Assembly: GCA_963748815.1 (NCBI GenBank)
Contig: CAVVKJ010000010.1
Coordinates: 672,001 to 736,000 of the forward strand
DNA from: an uncultured Gemmatimonadales bacterium
GTDB lineage: Bacteria > Gemmatimonadota > Gemmatimonadetes > Gemmatimonadales > GWC2-71-9
Direction of reading: 5' to 3'
Length of the DNA stretch: 64,000 nucleotides
Shown here one piece after another: positions 41,023-50,768 of the stretch. Each line of letters starts with the position of its first letter. The first letter of the stretch is position 1. The position numbers and the translations under genes were made by a program. The notes under the pieces were generated by a model. That model was not told the origin of the DNA and made no database searches. It was given only the letters and a program-made list of their open reading frames with translations.

Positions 41023-41682
41023 TCAGCGGGCGGGCGCGGCGGCCGACAGGGTGCCGCGCCAGCTCTCGCTCAGCGCCGGACAGGCCGCAAGCCGGAGACA
41101 CTCCTCCCGGCGACGGGACCGCTCGACCATGAGCTCCGACGCGAGATAGACCGGCCACTGCGGGTACGGCCGGTCCACCAGCGTCACCGCCATCCCCCCC
41201 TCCACCCAGCCTTCGGTGAGCACCCGGAGGTACCATCCGGTTCGCAGGTCCTCCTGCACCAGCTTGACCATGTCCTTCCGGTGAAAGCGCCGATTGAGCG
41301 TGGCGCAGGGCTGCCGCGGTTGCGACACCTCCACCCGGGCCTGCCCGATGGCAAACCGGTCGCCGACGCACACCGTCCGCTCCTCCGCGCCGTCGATCGT
41401 GAGATTCTCCCCAAACCACCCCGGGCCGACGTCGGTCCGACCCAGCACCTCGCGCCACCCGGCATAGTGCCCGGCGGCGTAGGCCAGGACCGCCTTGTCG
41501 GGCCCGCCGTGCACCGTCCGGTCAGCCTGCATGTCCCCGGCGACCCCCAGCCGGCCCACCCAGACCGCGCCGGACACTGGCTGTTTGGCGATGGCGCTGG
41601 TCCACGGCCGGTCGAGCGGTTCGTCGGCCCCTTCGGCCCCGTAGGAACGGGGGACGCCGACTTGAATTGAGCGGAGGATCAT
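41023..41682 (-). CDS. MOSC domain protein (YiiM-like)
   Basis: HGGPDKAV, FGENLT, SQPRQPC and TGWYLRV. Confidence 0.92.
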   Translation of the reverse strand: MILRSIQVGVPRSYGAEGADEPLDRPWTSAIAKQPVSGAVWVGRLGVAGDMQADRTVHGGPDKAVLAYAAGHYAGWREVLGRTDVGPGWFGENLTIDGAEERTVCVGDRFAIGQARVEVSQPRQPCATLNRRFHRKDMVKLVQEDLRTGWYLRVLTEGWVEGGMAVTLVDRPYPQWPVYLASELMVERSRRREECLRLAACPALSESWRGTLSAAAPAR

Positions 41683-41707
41683 GCGGGGAAGATAAGGGGG
41701 CCGCCCT

Positions 41708-41736
41708 TTGACTCAAGTCCGCGTCGCGACTATACT
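41708..41736 (+). promoter_or_regulatory. Sigma70 promoter for the rpsF operon
   Basis: TTGACT-N17-TATACT. Confidence 0.8.
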
Positions 41737-41803
41737 TCCCCGCTCACAATACTCCTCCTCAGCCCCACACCAGGGCTGGGGCAACAGTCCAAAGGAAGGT
41801 GTC

Positions 41804-42145
41804 ATGACCCGTCAGTATGAAGCGGTCTATATCTTCGATTCTGCCCTCGAAGAGCCCGCAATCAACGAACGCCTCGAGCGGTTCCACGCGCTTCTGGCCC
41901 AGCCCGACACCGAGGCGCCGCAGCTGTCCCATTGGGGCAAGCGGACCTTGGCCTACCCGATCAACCGCCACGAAACCGGCTACTACGTCATTGCCAAGCT
42001 CGCGACCGCGCCCACGGCGCTGCCGGAGTTCGAGCGCGCCGTCAAGCTCGACGAAGGCGTGCTGCGGTTCCTGATCGTGACGAACGAAGGCCCCCAGCCG
42101 GTTCCGCCCAACGCCGACAAGGGTGACGGGGAGGACGACGAATGA
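41804..42145 (+). CDS. rpsF: 30S ribosomal protein S6
   Basis: YEAVYI and WGKRTLAYPI; AGGAAGG RBS. Confidence 0.96.
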   Translation: MTRQYEAVYIFDSALEEPAINERLERFHALLAQPDTEAPQLSHWGKRTLAYPINRHETGYYVIAKLATAPTALPEFERAVKLDEGVLRFLIVTNEGPQPVPPNADKGDGEDDE

Positions 42146-42363
42146 GGCGCCCACAGAAGAGCTGCTCGATTTGTGAGTCTGGCGTGCGCGTCGTCGACTT
42201 CAAGGACGAGCGGACGCTCTCCCGGTTCCTGTCCGAGCGCGGCAAGATCCTGCCGAGCCGCCTCTCGGGCACCTGCGCGCGGCACCAGCGCCAGCTGAGC
42301 ACCGCCATCAAGCGGGCGCGTGTCCTGGCGCTGCTGCCGTACCTGAAGGGCCACGGCGGCTGA
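42142..42363 (+). CDS. rpsR: 30S ribosomal protein S18
   Basis: CSIC, ERGKILPSR and AIKRAR..ALLPY. Confidence 0.96.
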   Translation: MRRPQKSCSICESGVRVVDFKDERTLSRFLSERGKILPSRLSGTCARHQRQLSTAIKRARVLALLPYLKGHGG

Positions 42364-42395
42364 CCGTCCCGGGTGGGCGGCCTCCGGAGGGACAG

Positions 42396-43325
42396 GTGCT
42401 GTCCTTCCGGGCCCGCCTCGCAGTGGCAGCGTTTGTCCTGTTCACCTGGCCGGTCATGACAGCGTTTCTTTTCGGCCCGCTCGCCGTGCTCGTCGCGGCG
42501 AGCCGGCCACAGGGCCGGCGGGCGTGGATCTGGCTGATGGCCCTGCTGCTCTGGCTCTCGCTCTGGGCTGCGCAGCCTGGAGGACTCCTGGAGGAGCTGG
42601 TCCGGGCGGCGGGGGTACTGTCCACCGGCATCGGGGTGCTCTTTCTGCTTTTCTCCGCCGGGTCGGTTTCCACCCGGGCACTCCGGGGCACGGCGGCGGT
42701 CGTGGTTTCCACGGTCGGGTTGTCGCGTCTGGTGGGGTTGCACTGGGGCGACGTGGTGCGGGCAGTCGTGCAGCAGGGGATGATGGCCCAGCGTGCCGCC
42801 ACCGATTTGCTGAGCCGCGGGGGCTCGCCCCCCGACGACGCCACCCGGGAGGCGCTGCAGACGCTCGGCGAGGGTCTGCGCCCAATGGCGCCGTTCTTCC
42901 CCGGCCTGCTGGCCCTGATGCTCTTTGCGGGGCTTTGTCTCGCGGCGCTGCTGGCCCCACGGATCGCCGGCCGGTCGGTCGCCCCCATCCCGGGGCGGTT
43001 CGACGACTTCCGGTTCAGCGATCACCTCGTTTGGCTGATCATCGTCGGCCTGGTGGGAATCCTCTTCGCCAGCTCGACGCCGATCGGTGGCCCGTCGGCA
43101 AGCCTGCTGGCATTCGGCGTCGGCTTGTATGCCCTGCGCGGCTCGGCGGTGCTCGCCACCGCGCTTCGCGCCGCCCCGCGCCTCTTTATCGTGCTGCTCG
43201 TCGTTGGTGCGTTGTTCCTGTTGCCGTTCGCCGTCGGGGGGCTGGCCCTCCTCGGCCTGGCCGATACCTGGCTCGACTTCCGGCGGCGCATGGCGCCGCC
43301 GCTTTCCGGAGGGTTGGACCGATGA
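42396..43325 (+). CDS. DUF2232 (YybS-like) membrane protein
   Basis: Multi-TM protein with C-terminal LGLADTWLDFRRR; located between rpsR and rplI. Confidence 0.85.
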   Translation: MLSFRARLAVAAFVLFTWPVMTAFLFGPLAVLVAASRPQGRRAWIWLMALLLWLSLWAAQPGGLLEELVRAAGVLSTGIGVLFLLFSAGSVSTRALRGTAAVVVSTVGLSRLVGLHWGDVVRAVVQQGMMAQRAATDLLSRGGSPPDDATREALQTLGEGLRPMAPFFPGLLALMLFAGLCLAALLAPRIAGRSVAPIPGRFDDFRFSDHLVWLIIVGLVGILFASSTPIGGPSASLLAFGVGLYALRGSAVLATALRAAPRLFIVLLVVGALFLLPFAVGGLALLGLADTWLDFRRRMAPPLSGGLDR

Positions 43326-43768
43326 TGGAAGTAATCCTGCGCGACGACATCAAAACGCTTGGCAAGGCTGGAGATCTCGTCCGCGTGAAGCCGGGCTACG
43401 CCCGCAACTTCCTGCTGCCGAAGGGGCTCGCCTACGAGGCCACCGAGGGCAACAAGAAGCGGATCGTCGCCGAGACCAAGGCGCGGAACGTCCGCCTCGC
43501 CGCCGAGAAGGACGCGGCCGTGGCCGCCGCGGCCGGCATCTCGGCTGTGCTGCTCACCTTCACCCGCAAGGCGGGGGAAGAGGGGAAGCTGTTCGGCTCG
43601 ATCACGTCGCAGGACATCGCCGACAGCCTCGCCAGCCAGGGGCAGACCGTGGACAAGCGAAAGATCGAGCTCACCCATCCGATCAAGACCGTGGGCGAGC
43701 ACACCGTCATCGTCCGCCTCCACCCCGAGGTGCACGCCGACGTCCGCGTGACGGTTGTCGCAGAATAA
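43322..43768 (+). CDS. rplI: 50S ribosomal protein L9
   Basis: MEVIL..LGK.GD.V.VKPGYARNFLLP and GKLFGSIT. Confidence 0.96.
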   Translation: MMEVILRDDIKTLGKAGDLVRVKPGYARNFLLPKGLAYEATEGNKKRIVAETKARNVRLAAEKDAAVAAAAGISAVLLTFTRKAGEEGKLFGSITSQDIADSLASQGQTVDKRKIELTHPIKTVGEHTVIVRLHPEVHADVRVTVVAE

Positions 43769-45623
43769 GGAGCGCCCGCCGGTGGGCGTCGGCATCGCGT
43801 ACATGGACGGGCCCCGGCTCGCCCGTTCGCTCTTCGCGGCGTCGGATTGGGTCGCGGCCGGCCGGGAAGAGATCAACCGCATCAACGTCTTTCCGGTGCC
43901 CGATGGCGACACCGGCACCAATTTCAGCCTGACGCTCCGCGCCGTCGCCGACGCCCTCCGGGCGCTCGGCGACGCATCGCTTCCCGTCACGGCCACGACG
44001 ATGGCGCGTGCCGCCGTGCTCGGCGCCCGCGGCAACTCCGGGATGATGCTCGCCCATTTCCTGATGGGGGTGGCCGAATCGATCGGGGACCGCGAGACCG
44101 CCACACCCACCGAACTCGCCGCCGCCCTGAGCGCCGGGGCCTCCCGGCTCTACGGCGCGCTCGATGACCCCAGGGAAGGGACCATCCTGACCGTCGCCCG
44201 CGAGGCCGCGGCCGCGGCGGAACGCGCGGCCGGGCGCTCCCCCGACATCGCCGAGTTCATGCGCCAAATGCACCTCGAGGGAGAGAAGGCGCTGGCCAGG
44301 ACGCCGGAGCTGATGGCGGTGCTCAAGGAAGCCGGTGTGGTGGACGCCGGGGGCATGGGCTTCATGCGGATGATCGAGGGAGTCGTCCGCTTCATCGACG
44401 GCGACCCGATCCTGGCGGTGGAACCGGGGTACACGGGGGAGTATGCCGTGCCGGCCGCCGACATGGAGGTGGCCGCCGACCAGGACTTCCAGTTCTGCAC
44501 CGAGGTGGTGGTGCGCGGCGAGCAGCTGCCGCCCGCCAACGAGGTCCGGGCCGCCCTGCGCAACTTCGGCGGCTCGCTGGTCGTCGCCGTGATGGGCGAC
44601 ATTCTCCACGCCCATGTGCATACGAACACCCCCGACGCCGTCTTTACCTATGTGTCGCGATGGGGGCGCCTCGAGAAGACCAAGGCCGAGGACATGCGGG
44701 CGCAGCATCGCGGGCTCCAGCACGGCGTCCAGAAGGACGTGGGCATCGTCACCGACAGCGCCTCCGATCTTCCCGACGCCGTGCTCGATCGGCATGGCAT
44801 CTCACTGGTGCCGCTGCAGGTCATCTTCGGCGACGAGGTGCTGCTCGACCGCGTCCAGCTGAAGCCGGAGGAGTTCTACCGCCGGATGCGGACGAGCCCG
44901 CAGCTGCCGTCCACCTCCCAGCCGACCGTGGCCGACTTCGTGCGGGTGTTCCGGGAGGCGCGGCACGAGGCGGAGCATGTGATCGCCGTCTTGGTCTCCT
45001 CGGGCCTCTCGGGAACCTTCCAGTCGGGGGCGGCGGCGATCAAGGCGGGCGGCCTGACCAACATCCGCCTGGTGGACAGCAAGTCCGCGTCGCTCGGCGC
45101 CGGGATGCTGGCCCTGCGGGCGGCGGAGCTGGCAGAACTGGGATGGCCCTCGGAGGCCATCGCCGGGGAAATCGAGCGGGTCCGCGACCAGTCCGGCCTG
45201 TTCCTGACCGTGGACACGTTCGACAACCTGCTCCGCAGCGGGCGGGTGAGCCGGGGCAAGGCGTGGCTCGGCGGGCTCCTCGACGTGAAGCCGATCCTCT
45301 CGCTCGACGCGGCGGGGCGGGTCGTCCCGGTGGACCGGGCCCGCGGCCGGGAGCAGGTCATCGGCCGGGTGTTGTCGCTGCTGGAGGCGCGGCTCCAGCC
45401 CCGCCCGAAGCAACTCCGGTTTGGCGTGGTCCACGCCGAGGCTCCGGAGGTCGCCGGCCGGGTGCGCGACGCCTTGGTGGCGGCATACCGTCCGCGGGAT
45501 TGTTTCGTGTCACTGGCGACCGGGGTTCTCGGGACGCATGTCGGGGAGGGCGCGTGGGCGGTCTTCTATCAGGTCGAGGACGGGACACCACCGGCACCGC
45601 CCAATCCACGGAGTCCCGGTTGA
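43755..45623 (+). CDS. DAK2 (FakA-like) plus DegV (FakB-like) fusion protein
   Basis: INVFPVPDGDTGTN, GARGNSG, GVVDAGG and HVHT, followed by IVTDS, STSQP, SSGLSGT and GTHVG. Confidence 0.9.
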   Translation: MSQNKERPPVGVGIAYMDGPRLARSLFAASDWVAAGREEINRINVFPVPDGDTGTNFSLTLRAVADALRALGDASLPVTATTMARAAVLGARGNSGMMLAHFLMGVAESIGDRETATPTELAAALSAGASRLYGALDDPREGTILTVAREAAAAAERAAGRSPDIAEFMRQMHLEGEKALARTPELMAVLKEAGVVDAGGMGFMRMIEGVVRFIDGDPILAVEPGYTGEYAVPAADMEVAADQDFQFCTEVVVRGEQLPPANEVRAALRNFGGSLVVAVMGDILHAHVHTNTPDAVFTYVSRWGRLEKTKAEDMRAQHRGLQHGVQKDVGIVTDSASDLPDAVLDRHGISLVPLQVIFGDEVLLDRVQLKPEEFYRRMRTSPQLPSTSQPTVADFVRVFREARHEAEHVIAVLVSSGLSGTFQSGAAAIKAGGLTNIRLVDSKSASLGAGMLALRAAELAELGWPSEAIAGEIERVRDQSGLFLTVDTFDNLLRSGRVSRGKAWLGGLLDVKPILSLDAAGRVVPVDRARGREQVIGRVLSLLEARLQPRPKQLRFGVVHAEAPEVAGRVRDALVAAYRPRDCFVSLATGVLGTHVGEGAWAVFYQVEDGTPPAPPNPRSPG

Positions 45624-45650
45624 CGAGGCCCCCCGCCCTGCCCGGCCTCG

Positions 45651-45977
45651 TTGCGCGCCGCCTACCGGGCCGCCGACGACCTGAAGGCCCGCGACCTGAC
45701 GGTGCTCGACCTGCGGGGCCTCCATGACGCGGCCGATTTTTTCGTTCTCGGTTCCGGCACCTCCGACGCGCACGTCCGGGGCATCGCCCACGCCGTGCTC
45801 GACGCCCTGGCCCGCCAGGGTCACAAGCCGCACCACGTCGAGGGGCTCCCCTCCGGGCGCTGGGTCCTGCTCGACTTCGTGGACTTCGTGGTGCACCTGT
45901 TCCATCCGGACGCGCGCGCCTTCTACCAGCTCGAGCGCCTCTGGGACGACGCCCCGACGCTCACGCCGCGCCCCTGA
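45651..45977 (+). CDS. rsfS: Ribosome silencing factor
   Basis: DLKARD, DFFVLGSG, WVLLDF.DFVVHLF and FYQLERLW. Confidence 0.92.
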   Translation: MRAAYRAADDLKARDLTVLDLRGLHDAADFFVLGSGTSDAHVRGIAHAVLDALARQGHKPHHVEGLPSGRWVLLDFVDFVVHLFHPDARAFYQLERLWDDAPTLTPRP

Positions 45978-45987
45978 CCACCATCGG

Positions 45988-48900
45988 ATGCCCATGACGC
46001 TGCGGTCCCTGCTCCTGCTGGCCCTCCTCGCGATCGTTCCCACGGTCGCGTCGGCCCAGTATTTCGGGCAAAACCGCGTCATGTACGCCAAGTTCGACTT
46101 CAAGATTATTCATACCGAGCACTTCGACGTCTACTACTACCCGGTCGAGAAGGAAGCGTCACTGGACGCCGCGCGGATGGCGGAGCGCTCCTACGGCCGG
46201 CTCTCCACCCTGCTCAACCACCGCTTCATCGAGCGGAAGCCGATCATCCTGTACGCCTCACCCTCCGACTTCCAGCAGACCAACGCGCTCGGCGGGGACA
46301 TCGGCGAGGCGACCGGCGGCGTCACCGACTTCATGAAGCACCGCGCCATCATGCCGTTCACCGGCGCGTACAAGGACTTCGACCACGTCCTGATGCACGA
46401 GATGGTGCACCAGTTCCAGTACGACACCTGGTCGCGCGGCAAGGCGGGGACCGGCGTCGCCACCATCATCCAGGTCAACCCGCCCCTCTGGTTCGCCGAG
46501 GGGATGGCCGAATACCTGTCGCTCGGCAAGATCACCCCCGAAACCGCCATGTGGCTGCGGGACGCCGTCCTCCAGGGCAAGCTGCCGACCATCCAGCAGC
46601 TCACCTACGACCCCTACATCTTCCCCTACCGGTTCGGCCACTCGATCTGGGCGTATGTCGGCATGCGGTGGGGCGACGAGGCGGTCGGCGCGATTCTCTC
46701 CTCCACCCTGGGCGGCGGCGGCGTGGAAGGGGCGTTCCAGCGCGTCCTCGGCATTTCCCTGAACCAGCTGTCCGTGCAGTGGCGGGACTGGGTGCAGGAG
46801 ACCTACCTGCCCGACGTGGCGTCGAAGCAGCTCGCCGCCGCCGTCGGCAAGCCGCTCCTCACCAAGGAGCGCTCCGACGGCACGCTGCACATCGCGCCGG
46901 CGCTCTCGCCGGACGGCAAGCTGATCGCCTACCTGAGCGAGAAGAACTTCTTCTTCATCGACTTCTACCTGGCCGACGGGGAAACGGGCAAGGTCATCAA
47001 GAAGCTCGCGAAGTCGATCTTCGACGCGAACTACGAGACCTTTCGCTACATCAGTTCCACCTCCTCCTGGTCGCCCGACAGCAAGTATCTGGTCTTCGCG
47101 GCCCGCGCGCAGGGCGGCGACGACATCGTCGTCTTCGACCCGATCCGCCGGAAGGCGGTCCGCCGCATCCGGGTGGAGCTGAGCGGCGTGTCGTCGCCGG
47201 TCTACAGCCCCGACGGCACCCAACTGGCGTTCACAGGCATGGAAGGCGGGCTGTCGGACCTGTACGTGATCAACGCCGACGGGACCGGCCTCCGGCAGCT
47301 GACCCGGGACAAGTACGCGCAGCTCATGCCGGCGTGGTCCCCGGACGGTCACACCATCGCCTATGTCACCGACGAGGGGCCCGGCACCAACTTCACCGAC
47401 CTGAGCTACGGCAACTTCCGCATCGCGCTCTTCGACGTGGACCTCGGGCGCCGGGAACTCCTCCCCCACATGGACGACGGGCGCAACATCAGCCCGCAGT
47501 GGGCGCCGGACGGCAAGTCGTTCGCGTTCGTGTCCGACCGGACCGGGATCGCCAACATCTTCCTGTACGAGCTCGGCGGAGACATCTACCAGCTCACCAA
47601 TCTGTTCACCGGGGCGCAATCCACCACGCCGCTCTCCCCGGCGCTGAGCTGGGCGCGCGAGGCCGACCGGCTGGCCTTCGTGTACTTCGAGAACCAGAAC
47701 AACGACGTCTACACCATCCAGGACCCCCGCTCCCTGAAGCGCGAGCCCTGGCGGCCGGCCCCCGCGGAGCCCGAGCAGGTCGCCGCGCGGCCCGACTCCG
47801 GGCAGGCCGCCGCGCCCGCGGAGGTGGTCTATCCCCGCGCCGATTCGATCTCCGTGGCCGGCACGCCGCCCGCCCCCGACTCGGCGGCGCCCGCGCCGGT
47901 CCCGGGCGCAGCCCAGGCCCGCGAAGGCGGCTCGATCTACCGGACGCCGTCCGGATTCCGCGCGGCCGCGGCGGCGCCGGTCGTCACCGACACCGCCGGC
48001 CGCCGTCAGACCGACGTCACCGTCATCGGGCTCCTCGACTCCGCGTCGCTCTTCCTGCCGGACACCAGCAGCTTCACCCTCGGACCGTACAAGCGGAAGT
48101 TCACCCCCGAGAGCTCGGCGCGGCCCTCGGTCGGCTACACCCGCGACAACTTCGGCAACGGCATCTACGGCGGCGGCGCCATCCAGTTCGGCGACATGCT
48201 CGGCGACGAACAGCTCATCTTCGCGGGCTACATCAACGGCTCCCTGAACCAGGGCGACTTCCTCGCCGCGTACGCCAACCTGAGCGGGCGGCTCAACTGG
48301 GCCGTCGGGTTCCAGCAGTACCCCAACTACTACGTGCTGCAGCCGTTCGTCATCGAGAACGAGCCCGCCCCCGGGCTCAACACCTACGTGACACGCACCC
48401 GCCTGCTCACGACGCGGCAGATCTTCGGCCGGGGCTTCTACAACATCAACCGGTTCCAGCGACTCGAGCTCGGACTGGCGCTTGGCCAGATTGACGACGG
48501 CATCCAGAGCTACTACGAGACATACGACCGCGCCACCGGCGTGATCGTGGACGCGCCGCGCCGGGAGACGATCTACTTCAACGGCCAGCAGGTGGCCACG
48601 CCCTCGGTGGCGCTGGTGTACGACGCCACCTTCATGGGATGGATCGGCCCGCTGTTCGGCACCCGGTACCGCGCCGAGGTCCGCCAGACCATCGGCGGCT
48701 GGAACGTCACCCAGCTGCTGCTCGACTACCGGCGCTACATCCCGTTGAAGGGGCCGGTCATCCTCGCGGCGCGCGCCCTGTACGCCGGGCAGAAGGGGCC
48801 GGATGCGGACCGGCAGCGCTACTTCCTCGGCAGCACCGACCTGGTCCGCGGCCGCACCTCGGGTTCGTACTACCGCTACGAGTGCGCCACCACCAGCGGC

Positions 48901-49275
48901 AACCTCGCGCCGCTGACCGGGTGCTACGCGCTCGACCAGATGGTGGGCACCGAGATCGCGGTCGGGAACCTCGAACTCCGCTTCCCCCTCGTGAACTCCT
49001 TCCTCGGCATCGGCCCGCAGGGATTGCCGTACGTCGACGGCGTGGCCTGGGTCGACTACGGCGTCGCGTGGAACAGCTGGAACACGGTGGCGTTTTCGAA
49101 GGACCCGAACGCGTCGCTCGAAACGCAGGCCCTGACCCGGACCCCGGTCACCACGCTCGGCGTGGGAGCGCGCATCAACCTGTTCGGGTACATGATCCTC
49201 CGATTCGACTGGGCCTTCCCGCAGGGCCGGGGCATCCCCTCGTACTGGACCATCACCCTCGGTCCGCCCTTCTGA
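45988..49275 (+). CDS. Outer-membrane protein: zinc-peptidase-like domain, PD40/TolB propeller and Omp85-type barrel
   Basis: Signal peptide; HEMVH...EGMAEY; repeated P.WSPDG; GNLELRFP and ILRFDWA. Confidence 0.85.
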   Translation: MPMTLRSLLLLALLAIVPTVASAQYFGQNRVMYAKFDFKIIHTEHFDVYYYPVEKEASLDAARMAERSYGRLSTLLNHRFIERKPIILYASPSDFQQTNALGGDIGEATGGVTDFMKHRAIMPFTGAYKDFDHVLMHEMVHQFQYDTWSRGKAGTGVATIIQVNPPLWFAEGMAEYLSLGKITPETAMWLRDAVLQGKLPTIQQLTYDPYIFPYRFGHSIWAYVGMRWGDEAVGAILSSTLGGGGVEGAFQRVLGISLNQLSVQWRDWVQETYLPDVASKQLAAAVGKPLLTKERSDGTLHIAPALSPDGKLIAYLSEKNFFFIDFYLADGETGKVIKKLAKSIFDANYETFRYISSTSSWSPDSKYLVFAARAQGGDDIVVFDPIRRKAVRRIRVELSGVSSPVYSPDGTQLAFTGMEGGLSDLYVINADGTGLRQLTRDKYAQLMPAWSPDGHTIAYVTDEGPGTNFTDLSYGNFRIALFDVDLGRRELLPHMDDGRNISPQWAPDGKSFAFVSDRTGIANIFLYELGGDIYQLTNLFTGAQSTTPLSPALSWAREADRLAFVYFENQNNDVYTIQDPRSLKREPWRPAPAEPEQVAARPDSGQAAAPAEVVYPRADSISVAGTPPAPDSAAPAPVPGAAQAREGGSIYRTPSGFRAAAAAPVVTDTAGRRQTDVTVIGLLDSASLFLPDTSSFTLGPYKRKFTPESSARPSVGYTRDNFGNGIYGGGAIQFGDMLGDEQLIFAGYINGSLNQGDFLAAYANLSGRLNWAVGFQQYPNYYVLQPFVIENEPAPGLNTYVTRTRLLTTRQIFGRGFYNINRFQRLELGLALGQIDDGIQSYYETYDRATGVIVDAPRRETIYFNGQQVATPSVALVYDATFMGWIGPLFGTRYRAEVRQTIGGWNVTQLLLDYRRYIPLKGPVILAARALYAGQKGPDADRQRYFLGSTDLVRGRTSGSYYRYECATTSGNLAPLTGCYALDQMVGTEIAVGNLELRFPLVNSFLGIGPQGLPYVDGVAWVDYGVAWNSWNTVAFSKDPNASLETQALTRTPVTTLGVGARINLFGYMILRFDWAFPQGRGIPSYWTITLGPPF

Positions 49276-49341
49276 TTCTCGCCTGAACCGGACCCAATAT
49301 CCGGTCTGGCCCCTGCCCCTCCACGCGCCTATTTTTGGCCT

Positions 49342-50748
49342 GTGCCGTTCCCCCACCTGAAAGGCCTGGCCGCGCTCGCGGTCGGCCTCATGGCCTGTCA
49401 AGCAGCCCCCGGCTCCGACGCCGGGGCGCTTCCGCCAGCCTCCCAGGCCGTCCCCACGACCAGCCTCCTCCGCCTCCCCCGTGCCGGGGGGACGCCCCGG
49501 CTGTACAGTGGCCCCGCCCTCGCCGATCTCGGCTGGCGGCCACGGGGGCGCACGCCCGCCGTGCAGATGGTGGTCGGGTTCGATCAGGACCAGGCGCTCG
49601 CCTACGCCGTGGATTCCGCCGGGGGACTCCAGGCGCTGGATCTCAGCACCGGTACGCCGCGGCTCCTGACCTCCGGCGTCAGCGGTGTCGCCCTGGGTCC
49701 CGAGGGAACCCTCTGGGTCGTCAACAAGCGGGATTCCGTCATCCGGATCCGGAATCGGCTCGCCAAGTCCACCGATGCCGCCCTGCCCGGCCGCCCCACC
49801 GCGCTCTACGGCACGGGCGACCGGCAGCTCATCGCGGTCGAAGGGGGCGACACCGCGCGCGCGTGGCTGGTGACCGGCGCCCAGCCGGGCGTTTCCGCCG
49901 ATCTCCCCACGACACAGACCGCGGCCTCCCCGTGGGGAGACCTCGTCGCCGCGGCGGCCCCGACCGGGGTGTACCTCTGGGCGCCAAGGGGGGGCACGCC
50001 GATCCGCCGGGTCCGTGTCAGCGGCACGCCAACCTCGGTGCGATTTTCCGCGTCCGGCCATCGCATCTACGTCGGCCGCGACGCCGAGGACATCGCGGTG
50101 ATCGACCGGTACGCCGGTGAGCGGATCGACGACATCCGGATCCCGGGCTCCGCCGCTGGGCTGCGGGTGGCTCCCTACGGAGGGTGGTTGCTCGCGCGGC
50201 CGGCGACCGGCGACACCATCTGGGTCATCAACCTGGCCACCGGCGAGTACGCCGGAGTGGTCAGCGGCCCATGGGCCGCCGACCTCCCCACGGTCTTCGG
50301 CGATGCGACGCTGCTGGTCCGCGAAGGCAAGGACGTGGTGGCGCGGGACCTCGCCAGGCCGGAGTTCCCCGAAACGGGACGACTCAAGGGCGGGGCGGCG
50401 GATCTCTACCTGCCGATGCCGTGGTCCGCGCGCGGCAGCCAGCCCGAGCCGGTGCAACCCCGGCCCGAGCCGGGTCAGGTCGCCCAGGCGGCCGACACCT
50501 CCACCGGGGCCGACGTGGCGCGGGGCCGCCCTCGCACGGTCTACCTGCAGGTGAGCCGATCCCAGAATCCGGCCTGGGCGCAGGCGCTCGCCGGCGAAAT
50601 CCGGGACGACGGCTTCCCCGCCCTCGTGCTCACGCCCAACACCGGCGAGGAAGCGTACCGCGTCGTCGTCGGCCCGTACCCCTCCCGCGAGGCGGCCGAG
50701 TCCGCCGGCCGCCGGCTGGGCCGCCCTTCATTCATCTATCATCCGTAG
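49342..50748 (+). CDS. SPOR-domain lipoprotein with beta-propeller
   Basis: Lipobox LMAC; C-terminal YLQV...YRVVVGPYPSREAA. Confidence 0.8.
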   Translation: MPFPHLKGLAALAVGLMACQAAPGSDAGALPPASQAVPTTSLLRLPRAGGTPRLYSGPALADLGWRPRGRTPAVQMVVGFDQDQALAYAVDSAGGLQALDLSTGTPRLLTSGVSGVALGPEGTLWVVNKRDSVIRIRNRLAKSTDAALPGRPTALYGTGDRQLIAVEGGDTARAWLVTGAQPGVSADLPTTQTAASPWGDLVAAAAPTGVYLWAPRGGTPIRRVRVSGTPTSVRFSASGHRIYVGRDAEDIAVIDRYAGERIDDIRIPGSAAGLRVAPYGGWLLARPATGDTIWVINLATGEYAGVVSGPWAADLPTVFGDATLLVREGKDVVARDLARPEFPETGRLKGGAADLYLPMPWSARGSQPEPVQPRPEPGQVAQAADTSTGADVARGRPRTVYLQVSRSQNPAWAQALAGEIRDDGFPALVLTPNTGEEAYRVVVGPYPSREAAESAGRRLGRPSFIYHP

Positions 50749-50768
50749 CCGTCCCGGGAAGACCCTCC

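Noticed and set aside
46258..50457. 1399-aa antisense ORF (also 50739..53708, 12983..15133, 30552..32681 and others)
   Set aside because: Shadow ORFs opposite well-supported genes, caused by stop-codon scarcity in high-GC codon usage; no recognisable motifs.
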